Shown here piece after piece: positions 1 to 9,840 of a stretch of DNA of 60,076 nt. The first letter of the stretch is position 1. Each line of letters opens with the position of its first letter. The position numbers and the translations under genes are program-made. The stretch is from sequence record DRR723986_1737; one strand, written 5' to 3'. The notes beneath the pieces are model-generated. The model ran no database searches. It saw only the letters and a list, made by a program, of their open reading frames with translations, and was not told where the DNA came from.

Positions 1-1
1 G

Positions 2-1657
2 CCACTGCAGCTGCAGATAGCCCGAGCGCTGGCGCCAATGGTACTGCTGTACACGGCAACAATGGCTATTTTCAACCGCACGGAGACTCAGATCGCGCTG
101 TACAAGCTGTTATTCCGCAAACGTCGTTTCGTCGTTGTCTGCGGTGTCGGTGAAACAGGCTTCCGTATTGCGCGCGACTACCTGTGCCGTACCGACAAGG
201 CGGTGGTGGTAATCGAAATAGACCCGATGAACGCGATGGCCGCCGAGCTGAGCAAGCTGGGCGCCATTGTGATTCATGGCAATGCGATGGATCCGATAAC
301 CCTTGAGCGGGCACGCGTGGTGTACGCCAAGGAGGTTTTCCTCAGCACCAACGATGACCAGGCCAATATCGCGATAGCCAAGGCAGTTGATCGAATGACG
401 CGCGCACTGACAGCGGCGGAAGTAGCCAAGATGGCGAAAGTTGTCCGACGTCATGAGCCGACAATAGCCGGCGAGGCGCCCTATGTGGGCTTGCGCGCAT
501 TCCTTTGCGTTGATGAGCCGGGACTCTATGAGGTTTTTGCCGATCACCCGTTCTTTGCCCATGCCAACGAGCGCTTCGCGATTCGTATTTTCAACCGCAA
601 GCAGACCATCGCCCGCAATCTGTTTACCCGTTGTGCGCCGGAAATGTACGGTTTTCCGCGGACAGCGGACGATGTTCCAATGCACGTCTTGCTGGTGGGT
701 TTTGAAGCCCTGGTGCGGGAACTGATTCTGCAGACGGCGCTGACGGCGCACTATCCGGATTTTCGCCGTCCCCGCGTCACATTGCTGTGCCGCACGGAAA
801 ACGAGGAAGCAGTAGAGCGCTTTCTCTATCGCTTTCCCAATCTGGCCGCCATTATTGACCTGAGACTGTGTTATCTCGACCCGCTAACGGTAACCGAGCA
901 GCAGTGGCAGGAGTTACAGGGGGAGATCCGTTTTACAGTTGCTTATGTCGGCATGCGTCAGGATGTCGAATCCGTGCTGGCCGCACGTCGCCTCAACCGG
1001 CTGCGCCGACTACTGGAGGAGCAGCCCCTGAATATCGTCGTCTGCCTCAATCAGCAGACCTATCTTGCCGAGATCATCGATGACGATTTTCCCGCTGTTA
1101 CCGATGACAAGCACGCACTGCCAGCACGTGAGCCGATCGAGTATTTCGAGACGCTGGACGAAACCATCAATATCGATGTGGTGGTCAATGATGCTCTCGA
1201 TACGCTCGCTCGTACCATGCACAACGCCTACCGAGATACCCAGCTGGCGCGGGGGGAGAATCCCGTGGACAATCCCTCTCTGCTGCCCTGGTCGGAATTA
1301 CCAGCGCACAAGCGGCAGGCTAATCAGCACGCTGCCGCGCATATTCACACCAAGCTGCGCTGTGCCAACCGTGCCGTCAGGGCCGGTGCTGCCGTCAGTC
1401 CGGCCGATTTTCCGCAGGATGCCGCTACCCTGGAGGTGCTTGCGCAGCTGGAGCACCGTCGCTGGATGGCAGAAAAGCAGTTGGCGGGTTATGTCTATGG
1501 TGAGGTTCGGGACGAGGACCTGATGACCCATCCGGACCTTGTGCCCTGGGAGATGCTAAGCGAGCCGGTGAAGGAAAAAGACCGGGACGCGATCCGTCAG
1601 ATCCCGGAGATGCTTGCCCTGCAGGGCCTGCAGATTGTCCAGGCAGGACCGGTCTGA
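2..1657 (+). CDS. TrkA-N/RCK (NAD-binding) domain protein with C-terminal RyR repeats, 5'-truncated
   Basis: The frame is open to the window edge upstream of ATG 38. Hydrophobic helix, then Rossmann motif VVVCGVGETG, a second degenerate RCK (HVLLVGFEAL), and two RyR-like repeats (LARTMHNAY..LLPWSELP; LAQLEHRRW..HPDLVPWEML). Confidence 0.8.
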   Translation, partial: PLQLQIARALAPMVLLYTATMAIFNRTETQIALYKLLFRKRRFVVVCGVGETGFRIARDYLCRTDKAVVVIEIDPMNAMAAELSKLGAIVIHGNAMDPITLERARVVYAKEVFLSTNDDQANIAIAKAVDRMTRALTAAEVAKMAKVVRRHEPTIAGEAPYVGLRAFLCVDEPGLYEVFADHPFFAHANERFAIRIFNRKQTIARNLFTRCAPEMYGFPRTADDVPMHVLLVGFEALVRELILQTALTAHYPDFRRPRVTLLCRTENEEAVERFLYRFPNLAAIIDLRLCYLDPLTVTEQQWQELQGEIRFTVAYVGMRQDVESVLAARRLNRLRRLLEEQPLNIVVCLNQQTYLAEIIDDDFPAVTDDKHALPAREPIEYFETLDETINIDVVVNDALDTLARTMHNAYRDTQLARGENPVDNPSLLPWSELPAHKRQANQHAAAHIHTKLRCANRAVRAGAAVSPADFPQDAATLEVLAQLEHRRWMAEKQLAGYVYGEVRDEDLMTHPDLVPWEMLSEPVKEKDRDAIRQIPEMLALQGLQIVQAGPV

Positions 1658-1660
1658 GGA

Positions 1661-4600
1661 TCAGGCCCGGTCTGCTGGTGCCAGGGAGCCCGGCCCGCCG
1701 CTTGCAGGCTCGGTCGCAACGGTCTGGCGAATGAACGGCAGGTAGAACACGGGTAGCACGAACAGGGTGAACAGCGTACCTACGAGCATTCCCGCGGTAA
1801 TCATCAACCCGATACTGAAGCGCGCGTTGGCTCCCGCACCGCTGGCCATGATCAGTGGCCAGACACCCAGGACCGTGGCAAAGGTGGTCATCAGGATCGG
1901 GCGCAGGCGCAGTGACGCGGATTCAAGCACGGCGGCGCGGCGATCGAGGCCGGTCGTGCCCAACTGGTTGGCAAATTCCACGATCAGGATGCCGTGCTTG
2001 CTGATCAGGCCAATCAGGGTCAGCAGGCCGATCTGGGTGTAGATGTTCAGGGTGGCGAAACCCAGGGCTATGGGCACCATTGCCCCAAAGATCGACAGCG
2101 GCACCGATACCAGTACCACCAGTGGGTCACGGAAGCTGTTGAACTGGGCCGCCAGCACCAGGAATATCAGGGTCAGGGACAGGGCGAACAGGATCGGGAA
2201 TGATGCGGTCTCCTGCATGAAGCGCCGTGACCCGCCGGTGTAGCCGTCCTGGTAGCCGCTGGGAGCGATTTCCGCGAGCGTTTCGCGCAGGTAGTCGAGG
2301 CCGGTGCCCAGGCTGTTGGGAGGCATCATGATGCCCTGTACCGTGGTGCTGTTGAGCTGCTGGTACTGGGTCAGGTCATTGGGCTCGACGTGGGTTTGCA
2401 GGGAAATCACGCTGGACAGCGGTACCAGATCGTTACTCGCGGTTCGCAGGTAATATTTTTCCAGTTCTTCCTTGGTCAGGCGGAACCCGCGTCCGGCCTG
2501 GGGTATTACCTTGTAGCTCCGTCCCTCAAGGGCAAAGCGGTTGACCTCACCCTCACCGAGCATGGTGGCCAGGGTCTGGCCGATATCCCGCATCGAAATA
2601 CCCAGCCTCGCTGCCAGCTCCCGGTCGATGTTTACCCGGATTTCCGGGCGGTCGAAGTTGAGGGTCTGGGTGATGAAAATGAACAGGCCGGATTCACGGG
2701 CGCGTCTGACCAGCTCCTCGCCAGTGCGATAGACGTCGGCGTAGTCGTCGGTCGACGCCACCACGAAGCTGACCGGCAGGCCGGAATCGGAGCCGGGTAG
2801 CGGCGGGTTACCGAAGCTGAACATCTGCATCCCGGCAATGCCCTGCAGTTTTTGCTGGAACTCGGCCAGGACCTCCTGCTGGCTGCGTTCCCGCTCATTC
2901 GTCGGATGCAGGGTCAGGCCACCAAAATTGCGGTCCGGGAACAGCACCTGCCAGGAGTGGCTGATTTCCGGTATGCCGCGCCAGATATCCACCACTTGAT
3001 CGAGGTAGTAATTCACGTAGTCGAGGTTGGCGAAGCGAGGTGGCGTGCCGACCACGTACATTGAACTGGTATCTTCATCCGGCGCCAGCTCTTCCTGGGC
3101 GAGAACGAACAGTACCGGCAGGCTGGCGAGAATACTGGCACTGAACAGGAGCACAGCGCCGCGGTTAGCCAGGGACTTGCCCAGCAGGCCCCGGTAGGCG
3201 TTGATCAGGGATTCGAAGCGCGCATCGAGCCAGTCGGCGAAGCGCCCCTGGTGTTCCCGGTCCTTCAGCACCCGCGAGCACATCATCGGGCTCAGGGTCA
3301 GGGCGACGATGCCGGATACCACGACGGCCCCGGCGAGGGTCAGGGCAAACTCGCTGAACAGGGCCCCGGTGAGGCCGCCGATAAAGGCGATAGGGGCGTA
3401 GACAGCTGCCAGGGTCAGGGTCATCGCCAGTACCGGTGTGGCGACTTCCCTGGCGCCGAGCAGGGCGGCCTGCAGCGGCTTCGCCCCATGCTCGATGTGT
3501 CGGTGCACGTTCTCGACCACGACGATGGCGTCATCCACCACCAGTCCAATGGCGATCACCATGGCCAGCAGAGTCAGCAGGTTGAGGGAAAAACCCAGAG
3601 CGAGGATCAGGGCGACTACCCCGATCAGTGACAGGGGGATAGCGACCAGCGGGATCAGTACAACCCGCATCGAGCCCAGGAACAGGTAAATCACCAGGAT
3701 GACAATCAGCGCGGCCTCCACCAGGGTGCGCACCACCTCGTTCAGTGCCTCGCTGATTGGCGCGCTGCCATCCCAGTCCATGAACATCTCCATATCGGCC
3801 GGCAGGCTGGCCTCGATACGTGGCAGCGAGGCATGTACTTCTCGCGACAGGTCCAGGGGGTTGGCGTCGGGCGCCGGGGTCAGCGACATGAACACCGCAT
3901 CGCGGCCGCTGGAGAAGGTGCGGATCTGGGAGTCCTCGGCGGACAGTTCCACGTCCGCCACGTCGCCGAGCCTTACGCGCTCCTCGCCAGTTTGGCGAAC
4001 CACCAGCGCTTCGAAATCGGCGACGGTCTGCATGTCGGTCCGGGCGTCAACCGTTGCCCTGACCAGGTTACCCTCGGTGGCTCCGGTCGTGGCAATGAAG
4101 TTGTCGCGCCGGATCGCCTCGCTGATATCCGCCGCGGTCACCCCCAGCGCGGCCATGCGGACCGGATCAAGCCAGACGCGCATGGCCAGGAAGCGGCCGA
4201 AGATATTGGCTTTACCCATGCCGGGCAGGGTGGCGAGATCGGGCTGGACATTGCGCACCAGGTAGTCGGTTATCTGGTGCGGGGTCATCTGGTCGCTGTA
4301 GAACGCCAGATACATCATGGCGTCACCGCCCTTGGCGGTGGAGATCACCGGTTCCTCGGTATCGCGGGGGATCTCGTCCCGCCCCTCGTTGACCTTGGCG
4401 ATCACCTCCGAGAGCACGTCGCTGGCGTTTTCACCGAGCCGTACATGAACCTCGATGCTGGATACGCCCGGATTGCTGGTGGAGGTCATGTACTCGATGC
4501 CACTGGCGCCGGCGATATTGATCTGCAGCGGCGTGGTCACAAAGCCCTGGACGGTACGCGCGCTCGCCCCACGATAAATGGTCTGCACGTAGATGACGCT

Positions 4601-4726
4601 GCGTTCCAGTTCCGGGAACTCGCGCACCGCTACCCTCGACAGGGACGCAGCGCCCAGCAGCAGGATCATGCTGCTCACCACGATGGCGAGCACCGGACGC
4701 TTGATAAAGAGGTCAGTGAACCACAT
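1661..4726 (-). CDS. RND efflux permease, AcrB/MexW/MexI family
   Basis: 1021 aa; FTDLFIKRPVLA N-terminus; proton-relay motifs GLVVDDAIVVVEN and KHGILIVEFA; RLRPILMTT. Confidence 0.95.
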   Translation of the reverse strand: MWFTDLFIKRPVLAIVVSSMILLLGAASLSRVAVREFPELERSVIYVQTIYRGASARTVQGFVTTPLQINIAGASGIEYMTSTSNPGVSSIEVHVRLGENASDVLSEVIAKVNEGRDEIPRDTEEPVISTAKGGDAMMYLAFYSDQMTPHQITDYLVRNVQPDLATLPGMGKANIFGRFLAMRVWLDPVRMAALGVTAADISEAIRRDNFIATTGATEGNLVRATVDARTDMQTVADFEALVVRQTGEERVRLGDVADVELSAEDSQIRTFSSGRDAVFMSLTPAPDANPLDLSREVHASLPRIEASLPADMEMFMDWDGSAPISEALNEVVRTLVEAALIVILVIYLFLGSMRVVLIPLVAIPLSLIGVVALILALGFSLNLLTLLAMVIAIGLVVDDAIVVVENVHRHIEHGAKPLQAALLGAREVATPVLAMTLTLAAVYAPIAFIGGLTGALFSEFALTLAGAVVVSGIVALTLSPMMCSRVLKDREHQGRFADWLDARFESLINAYRGLLGKSLANRGAVLLFSASILASLPVLFVLAQEELAPDEDTSSMYVVGTPPRFANLDYVNYYLDQVVDIWRGIPEISHSWQVLFPDRNFGGLTLHPTNERERSQQEVLAEFQQKLQGIAGMQMFSFGNPPLPGSDSGLPVSFVVASTDDYADVYRTGEELVRRARESGLFIFITQTLNFDRPEIRVNIDRELAARLGISMRDIGQTLATMLGEGEVNRFALEGRSYKVIPQAGRGFRLTKEELEKYYLRTASNDLVPLSSVISLQTHVEPNDLTQYQQLNSTTVQGIMMPPNSLGTGLDYLRETLAEIAPSGYQDGYTGGSRRFMQETASFPILFALSLTLIFLVLAAQFNSFRDPLVVLVSVPLSIFGAMVPIALGFATLNIYTQIGLLTLIGLISKHGILIVEFANQLGTTGLDRRAAVLESASLRLRPILMTTFATVLGVWPLIMASGAGANARFSIGLMITAGMLVGTLFTLFVLPVFYLPFIRQTVATEPASGGPGSLAPADRA

Positions 4727-5836
4727 TTACATGGCCACGCTGGCGTCGATGGTGACCCGGGAGCCATTCGACAGCTTATTCTGGCCGGCGATTACCACCT
4801 GCTCACCTGCGCTAATGCCGTTCAGGATAGCAATCTGGCCGTCCCGGGCCGGACCGGTGCGCACCACCCGCGGTTCCACCGCCAGGGCCCCGTCCTCCTC
4901 ACGTATCACCCAGACAGTATCGCCCTGCAGCGAATAACTGATGGCGGTTTCCGGCACCGAGACCAGCTGCCTTGGCAGGTCGAGGTCGATGGTGAGGCGG
5001 ACGAACATGCCCGGCAGCAAGCCAGCGGCTTCCGGCATGTTGGCCCGCAGGGACAGGTTGCGGGTGCCGGCGTCGACCCGGGAGTCGAGCGCCTGTAATA
5101 CGGCGGCGAACGGCTGTCCGGGGAAAGAGTTGGAGTAGACCTCGATAGCGAGGCCGCTGCGCATCCGGGGGGCGTGATGTGCGGGAACCGAGAAGTCGAT
5201 TTCGAGTTCACTCAGGTCCTGCAGGGTGGTAATGGGGGTTCCGGACTCAATGTAGTCGCCTTCCTTGACCCGGATGATGCCCAGGGTGCCGGCAAACGGG
5301 GCGACGATCCGCTTGTTATCGAGGCGCGCTTCGGTCTCCGCCAGTTGGGCGATTGCGGAGTCCAGGTCGGCCCGGGAGCGGTCATACTGGCTCTGGGGGA
5401 TGGATTTCTGTTTTACCAGGCTCGCGTCGCGATCAAACAGCAGTTGGGCCAGTTCCAGGTTGGCCTCCTGGCGTCGCTTGCTGGCCTGCTCAACGCTGTC
5501 ATTCAGGGTCAGCAGCAGCTGTCCGGCTTCGACCTGCTGGCCGGAGGTCACCTCGATGGCGATGATCTCGCCACTGGTTTCCGCGGCCAGCTCGGCACCG
5601 CGCACGGCGCGCAGGGTGCCGACCGCATCCAGCGTGGTGCGCCAGTTCGACTCCCGGGCATGGTCTGCCGCAATCACCGCTGGCGGCGGGGTAAAGTCCA
5701 TGTTCGCCAGGGTGGAGAACTTGTTGTAGAGGAAGCCCGCTATACCGCCAAAGATTAGCAGCAACAGCAGGACGACGAGCAGGTAGGCGCGCAATGGAAT
5801 GGTCTCTGGGTGGTGGTCTGGCCGGTTAAAGGACAA
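4727..5836 (-). CDS. RND periplasmic adaptor (membrane fusion protein), MexV/MexH-like
   Basis: N-terminal TM helix, lipoyl-like halves flanking a coiled coil, IVAPFAG and LLPGMFV motifs. Abuts the permease. TTG start is uncertain. Confidence 0.92.
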   Translation of the reverse strand: MSFNRPDHHPETIPLRAYLLVVLLLLLIFGGIAGFLYNKFSTLANMDFTPPPAVIAADHARESNWRTTLDAVGTLRAVRGAELAAETSGEIIAIEVTSGQQVEAGQLLLTLNDSVEQASKRRQEANLELAQLLFDRDASLVKQKSIPQSQYDRSRADLDSAIAQLAETEARLDNKRIVAPFAGTLGIIRVKEGDYIESGTPITTLQDLSELEIDFSVPAHHAPRMRSGLAIEVYSNSFPGQPFAAVLQALDSRVDAGTRNLSLRANMPEAAGLLPGMFVRLTIDLDLPRQLVSVPETAISYSLQGDTVWVIREEDGALAVEPRVVRTGPARDGQIAILNGISAGEQVVIAGQNKLSNGSRVTIDASVAM

Positions 5837-5926
5837 ATTCTGCGGCGACTATTGTATGTCCTGTGGCGCAGGCTTGCACGCCGGGCGAACTGATCATTTT
5901 TTGAACTCCCGAGGCTTAAGTTCCCC

Positions 5927-5972
5927 GCTATTGACCCGGATCAATAGCCTGTGTTGCCTGTCTGAACATAGT
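5927..5972 (+). promoter_or_regulatory. FNR/ANR-type box with class II promoter -10 element
   Basis: GCTATTGA-CCCGGA-TCAATAGC inverted repeat (5927-5948). Core TTGAC-N4-ATCAA matches TTGAT-N4-ATCAA at 9/10. CATAGT at 5967-5972 places the box centre at about -41.5. Confidence 0.6.
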
Positions 5973-6023
5973 GCTGTGATGCAACCTTCAGTTGTTTTAT
6001 GCTGTGATTATTGACAGTTAACG

Positions 6024-7748
6024 ATGTCGACCATGAGAGGTATCCACGTGAGGCGATCGCGCAAACTGAAACAGCTTGAGCGTGCAATGGACAACAGCAC
6101 AGGCTACGAGGAGTGGCGTGAAGCAGCCATCCAGCACGACGAGATTTCCGGCCAGCAGCGCTGGCGCGAAATCGACCAGACCAGCCAGTATGACTACACC
6201 CAGATCCGCCTGCGCCTTGACCGGCTGAGGAGCCTGCGGGCGCGCCATGACCACCAGGGCTTGTTGTTCACCCTGAACGAGGGTATTCACGGCAATATGG
6301 GTGGCATGGGCCGCAGCTCGCTCTACCACCGCGCCAAGTTCGGCACCAAGAAGCTGATCGAACAGTACATCGATGAAATCGACGATTGCCTGCGCTTTCT
6401 GGCGGAACTCGATACGGATGAGATCACGACCCAGGAAAAACTGGACTTTTTCTACCGCGCAAATATCTGTTTTGGCCGGTCCGCGCTGATGCTCAGCGGC
6501 GGCGGCGTGCTGGGTTTTTACCACCTTGGGGTGGTGAAAGTGCTGCTTGAACAGGGCTTGTTGCCACGGGTTATTTCCGGCTCAAGTGCCGGGTCCCTGG
6601 TGGCAGGGGTGCTGGGAACGCACACCGATACCGAGTTGGAAAGGTTCTACGATCCGGCCAATGTGCATTTTGAGGCGGAGCGCGAAGCCAGCGTTTTCTC
6701 CCGTATGTTTTTTGGCGCCAACCCGCAGATTGATATCTCCGACCTGGAGAACATCATCGCCCGGCTGGTTCCCGACATGACCTTCCAGGAAGCCTACGAG
6801 AAGACCGGTCGCCAGATCAGTATTACCGTGGCGCCGGCGGAAACCCACCAGCGCTCCCGGCTGCTTAACGCCATCACCTCGCCCAATGTTTACATCCGGG
6901 CGGCGGTTATGGCCTCCTGCGCAGTGCCGGGCGTGTTCCCGCCGGTCATGCTGATGGCCAAGAATGTCCACGGCGAGGCCCAGCCCTACCTGCCCACCCG
7001 CAAGTGGGTGGACGGCTCCATCGCCGATGACCTGCCGGCCAAGCGCCTGTCGCGTCTGTACAGCACAAACCACTACATCGTCAGCATGGTAAATCCCATC
7101 GCCACGCCGTTCCTCAGCAACGGCAAGGAGCGCGGACGCCTGAGTGCTGCCCTGGGCAGCCTGGGTGTTGGCGTGGGTCGGGAAATCCTCAATTTCTACC
7201 GTGGCGTGGCCCAGAAGCAGGGGGATAACTGGCCGCGTTTCAATTTGTTGCTCAACGGGGTTCACGCCCTGATGGACCAGGAATACTCCGGGGATATCAA
7301 CATCGTACCCAGCTTCCGCTGGTACAACCCGGCCAAGATCCTGTCTCACCTGTCTGAAGAGGAGCTGGTGAAGCTCATGGAGGGAGGCGAACACTCGAGC
7401 TTCCCGAATATTGAGGCTATCCGTATCTGCACCAAGATCTCGCGTACCATGGAAGAGATCCTGCATCGCTTTGAATACGGGGACCTGCGCCCACGCGATA
7501 CCGATTTCCGTCGTCCGCGCGCGTCACGGCGCCGGCCACCGCCAACCCGCAGTGACCGCGAGGCCATGCGTGAGACGGCGGCGCAGCGGCTGTCGGCGGG
7601 TGATAAGACCCAGTCAGTCGCCAAACCTGCTGCGGCAAAGACCGCGCGCAAGAAATCCACCCGCAAGACCAGTTCCCGGGCCCGGTCCGGTGCCAAGGCG
7701 TCAAAGCCTGCCGGCAAGGACGGTGAGGGTGCACGAGCGGCGGCCTGA
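6024..7748 (+). CDS. Patatin-like triacylglycerol lipase (DUF3336 + patatin; Tgl3/4/5-SDP1-like) with basic C-terminal tail
   Basis: GGGVLG oxyanion motif, GSSAG nucleophile, WVDGS aspartate motif, DUF3336-like N-terminus (YEEWREAA..D). The true start may be GTG 6048, which has a GAGG RBS. Confidence 0.88.
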   Translation: MSTMRGIHVRRSRKLKQLERAMDNSTGYEEWREAAIQHDEISGQQRWREIDQTSQYDYTQIRLRLDRLRSLRARHDHQGLLFTLNEGIHGNMGGMGRSSLYHRAKFGTKKLIEQYIDEIDDCLRFLAELDTDEITTQEKLDFFYRANICFGRSALMLSGGGVLGFYHLGVVKVLLEQGLLPRVISGSSAGSLVAGVLGTHTDTELERFYDPANVHFEAEREASVFSRMFFGANPQIDISDLENIIARLVPDMTFQEAYEKTGRQISITVAPAETHQRSRLLNAITSPNVYIRAAVMASCAVPGVFPPVMLMAKNVHGEAQPYLPTRKWVDGSIADDLPAKRLSRLYSTNHYIVSMVNPIATPFLSNGKERGRLSAALGSLGVGVGREILNFYRGVAQKQGDNWPRFNLLLNGVHALMDQEYSGDINIVPSFRWYNPAKILSHLSEEELVKLMEGGEHSSFPNIEAIRICTKISRTMEEILHRFEYGDLRPRDTDFRRPRASRRRPPPTRSDREAMRETAAQRLSAGDKTQSVAKPAAAKTARKKSTRKTSSRARSGAKASKPAGKDGEGARAAA

Positions 7749-7762
7749 GCTGGAGCAAGGCA

Positions 7763-7792
7763 AAAAAAACGGGGCTTAAGCCCCGTTTTTTT
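7763..7792. terminator. Bidirectional intrinsic terminator
   Basis: Perfect 30-bp palindrome AAAAAAACGGGGCTTAAGCCCCGTTTTTTT between convergent lipase and thiolase genes. Confidence 0.92.
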
Positions 7793-7810
7793 GTTTCTGG
7801 ACCAGTGTCC

Positions 7811-9046
7811 CTAGAGCCGCTCGATGATTACGGCGGGGGCCATGCCGCCGGCAGCGCACATGGTAACCAGTCCGTAACGCCCGTCGCGACGCTCCAGTTC
7901 GTCCAGTACGGTGCCGATCAGGATCGAGCCGGTGGCGCCGATCGGATGACCCAGCGCCATGGCGCCGCCGTTGACGTTGACCTTGTCACGATCCAGTTTC
8001 AGGTCGCGTTGGAACTTCTCTGAGACAACCGCGAAGGCCTCGTTGATTTCCCACAGGTCAATATCCTCTACGCTGAGGCCGGCTTTCTCCAGCACCTTGC
8101 GAGCCGCCGGCACCGGTGCATTCAGCATCAGGGTGGGGCAGTCCCCCATATTGGCCATGGCCACGATCCGCGCCCTTGGCTTCCAGCCCTGGCGCTGCGC
8201 GTACTCGGGTGAAGTGAGCAGCAGCGCTGCGGCCCCGTCTACCACGCCGGATGAATTACCCGCGTGGTGGAAGTGCTTCACATCCAGGTCCGGGTACTTC
8301 TGCTTCACCAGCGAGCGGTAGGTTGTACCCTGCTCGTTGAGGGGGTAATCGGCGATGGCCTCAAAAGACGGCTTGAGTTCAGCCAGGCTCTCGGCCGTGG
8401 TGCCCGGACGGGGGAACTCCTCCTGGTCGAGGGCCAGTTCGCCGTTGGTGCTGTAGACCGGGATCAGGCTGCGTGAGAAATAGCCTTTCGCGATGGCATT
8501 GGCGGCCCGTTTCTGGGATTCCGCGGCATGGGCGTCCAGTGCTTCCCGGGTAATGCCTTCCAGGGTGGCAATCGCATCACCGCAAACGCCCTGGTGGGGC
8601 TGCGGATGCACTGCGCGCAGGGCTTCATTGCCATTGTCCAGGAACGGATTCGGCGGCAGGCCGTCTTCGCCATAGGTAGACATCATTTCCGCGCCGCCGG
8701 CAATTACCATGTCTTCCGATCCGGACATGATGTTCATCGCAGCCAGGTTCACCGAGGTGATGCCCGAACCGCAGAAGCGATCCAGGGTGACTCCGGAGGA
8801 ACGAATGTCGAAGCCGGCTTCCAGGGCTGCCATACGGGCCAGGTCACCGCCCTGGCGGCCACGCTGGCTGCTGGTGCCAAAAATCACGTCACCTACCTCG
8901 GCCGTGTTAATGCCATTGCGCTCGACAATTGCCTTGAGCACTGTAGCGCCCAGGTGTTGCGGGTGCTGGTCAGCCAGCGAGCCCTTGCCTTTCTTGCCGA
9001 TGCCGCGCGGGGTGCGGCAGGCGTCGATAATCCATGCTTCAGCCAT
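7811..9046 (-). CDS. Acetyl-CoA C-acyltransferase (thiolase)
   Basis: RFCGSG, INEAF, GHPIGATG and CAAGG motifs. ATG 9046 is preceded by AAGGAG. Confidence 0.95.
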   Translation of the reverse strand: MAEAWIIDACRTPRGIGKKGKGSLADQHPQHLGATVLKAIVERNGINTAEVGDVIFGTSSQRGRQGGDLARMAALEAGFDIRSSGVTLDRFCGSGITSVNLAAMNIMSGSEDMVIAGGAEMMSTYGEDGLPPNPFLDNGNEALRAVHPQPHQGVCGDAIATLEGITREALDAHAAESQKRAANAIAKGYFSRSLIPVYSTNGELALDQEEFPRPGTTAESLAELKPSFEAIADYPLNEQGTTYRSLVKQKYPDLDVKHFHHAGNSSGVVDGAAALLLTSPEYAQRQGWKPRARIVAMANMGDCPTLMLNAPVPAARKVLEKAGLSVEDIDLWEINEAFAVVSEKFQRDLKLDRDKVNVNGGAMALGHPIGATGSILIGTVLDELERRDGRYGLVTMCAAGGMAPAVIIERL

Positions 9047-9056
9047 GCTGGTCTCC

Positions 9057-9821
9057 TTATTTGCCTTTCCAGTTGGGGGCGCGTTTCTCGGCGAACGCAG
9101 TGGCGCCCTCAATGGCGTCTTCACTGGTGAATACCGGCATTACGATATCGTTCTGCTTCTTGAACATGACATCGCTGGTCCAGTCCGGGGCCGATGCCAC
9201 CACTTGCTTGGAGGCGGCAACCGCCAGCGGACCGTTGGCGGCGATCTTCGCGGCGAGGGCTTTGGCTGCTTCCAGCGCGGTGCCGGCCGGTACCACCTGG
9301 TTGATCAGGCCCAGGTCTGCGGCGCGGGCCGAGGAAATGAAGTCCCCGGTCAGGGCCAGTTCCATGGCGATGCGCGAGGGAATCTGCTTGGGCAGCTTGA
9401 CCAGGCCGCCGGCGGCAGCGGCCAGGCCGCGCTTAACCTCGGGAATCCCGAATTTGGCATCGTCTGCCGCGACGATCAGGTCACAGCTGATTGCCAGCTC
9501 GAAGCCTCCGGCAAGGGCGTAGCCCTCTACGGCTGCGATCATCGGTTTGGCCACCATGTACTCGGTGAGGCCGGCGAAGCCGCGGCCCTCGATGTTCGGT
9601 GTCTCGCCACTGACGAAGGCCTTGAGGTCCATGCCGGAGCAGAAGGTGCCGCCCGCGCCGGTGAGAATGCCAACTCGCAGGTCGGGGTTGCTCTCCAGTT
9701 CGTCTACGGCTGCGGCCACGCCTTCGGCCAGCTCCTTGTTGGCCGCATTGCGGGCTTCCGGGCGGTTGAGGGTGATGACCAGGACGCCGTCTTCGGCGCT
9801 GGTTAGTACTGCATCGGACAT
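9057..9821 (-). CDS. Enoyl-CoA hydratase/crotonase family protein
   Basis: LNRPEARNA, FCSGMDL, AGGFELA and FGIPEVKRG motifs. Confidence 0.95.
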   Translation of the reverse strand: MSDAVLTSAEDGVLVITLNRPEARNAANKELAEGVAAAVDELESNPDLRVGILTGAGGTFCSGMDLKAFVSGETPNIEGRGFAGLTEYMVAKPMIAAVEGYALAGGFELAISCDLIVAADDAKFGIPEVKRGLAAAAGGLVKLPKQIPSRIAMELALTGDFISSARAADLGLINQVVPAGTALEAAKALAAKIAANGPLAVAASKQVVASAPDWTSDVMFKKQNDIVMPVFTSEDAIEGATAFAEKRAPNWKGK

Positions 9822-9840
9822 GTGTGTTCTCCAGTCGTGA

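Noticed and set aside
3833-5098. 421-aa + strand ORF, and similar long antisense ORFs (e.g. 24780-25991, 18598-19653, 14621-15727, 58705-59679)
   Set aside because: These are shadow frames opposite well-supported genes, expected in GC-rich DNA, and carry no recognisable motifs.
5892-5903. GATCATTTTTTG also present at 47359-47370, near both storage-lipid genes
   Set aside because: Orientation and distance relative to the two lipid genes differ, and a single shared 12-mer among intergenic regions is plausible by chance.
7763-7792. Perfect 30-bp palindrome as a possible mobile-element end or operator
   Set aside because: Fully explained as a bidirectional terminator between convergent genes.
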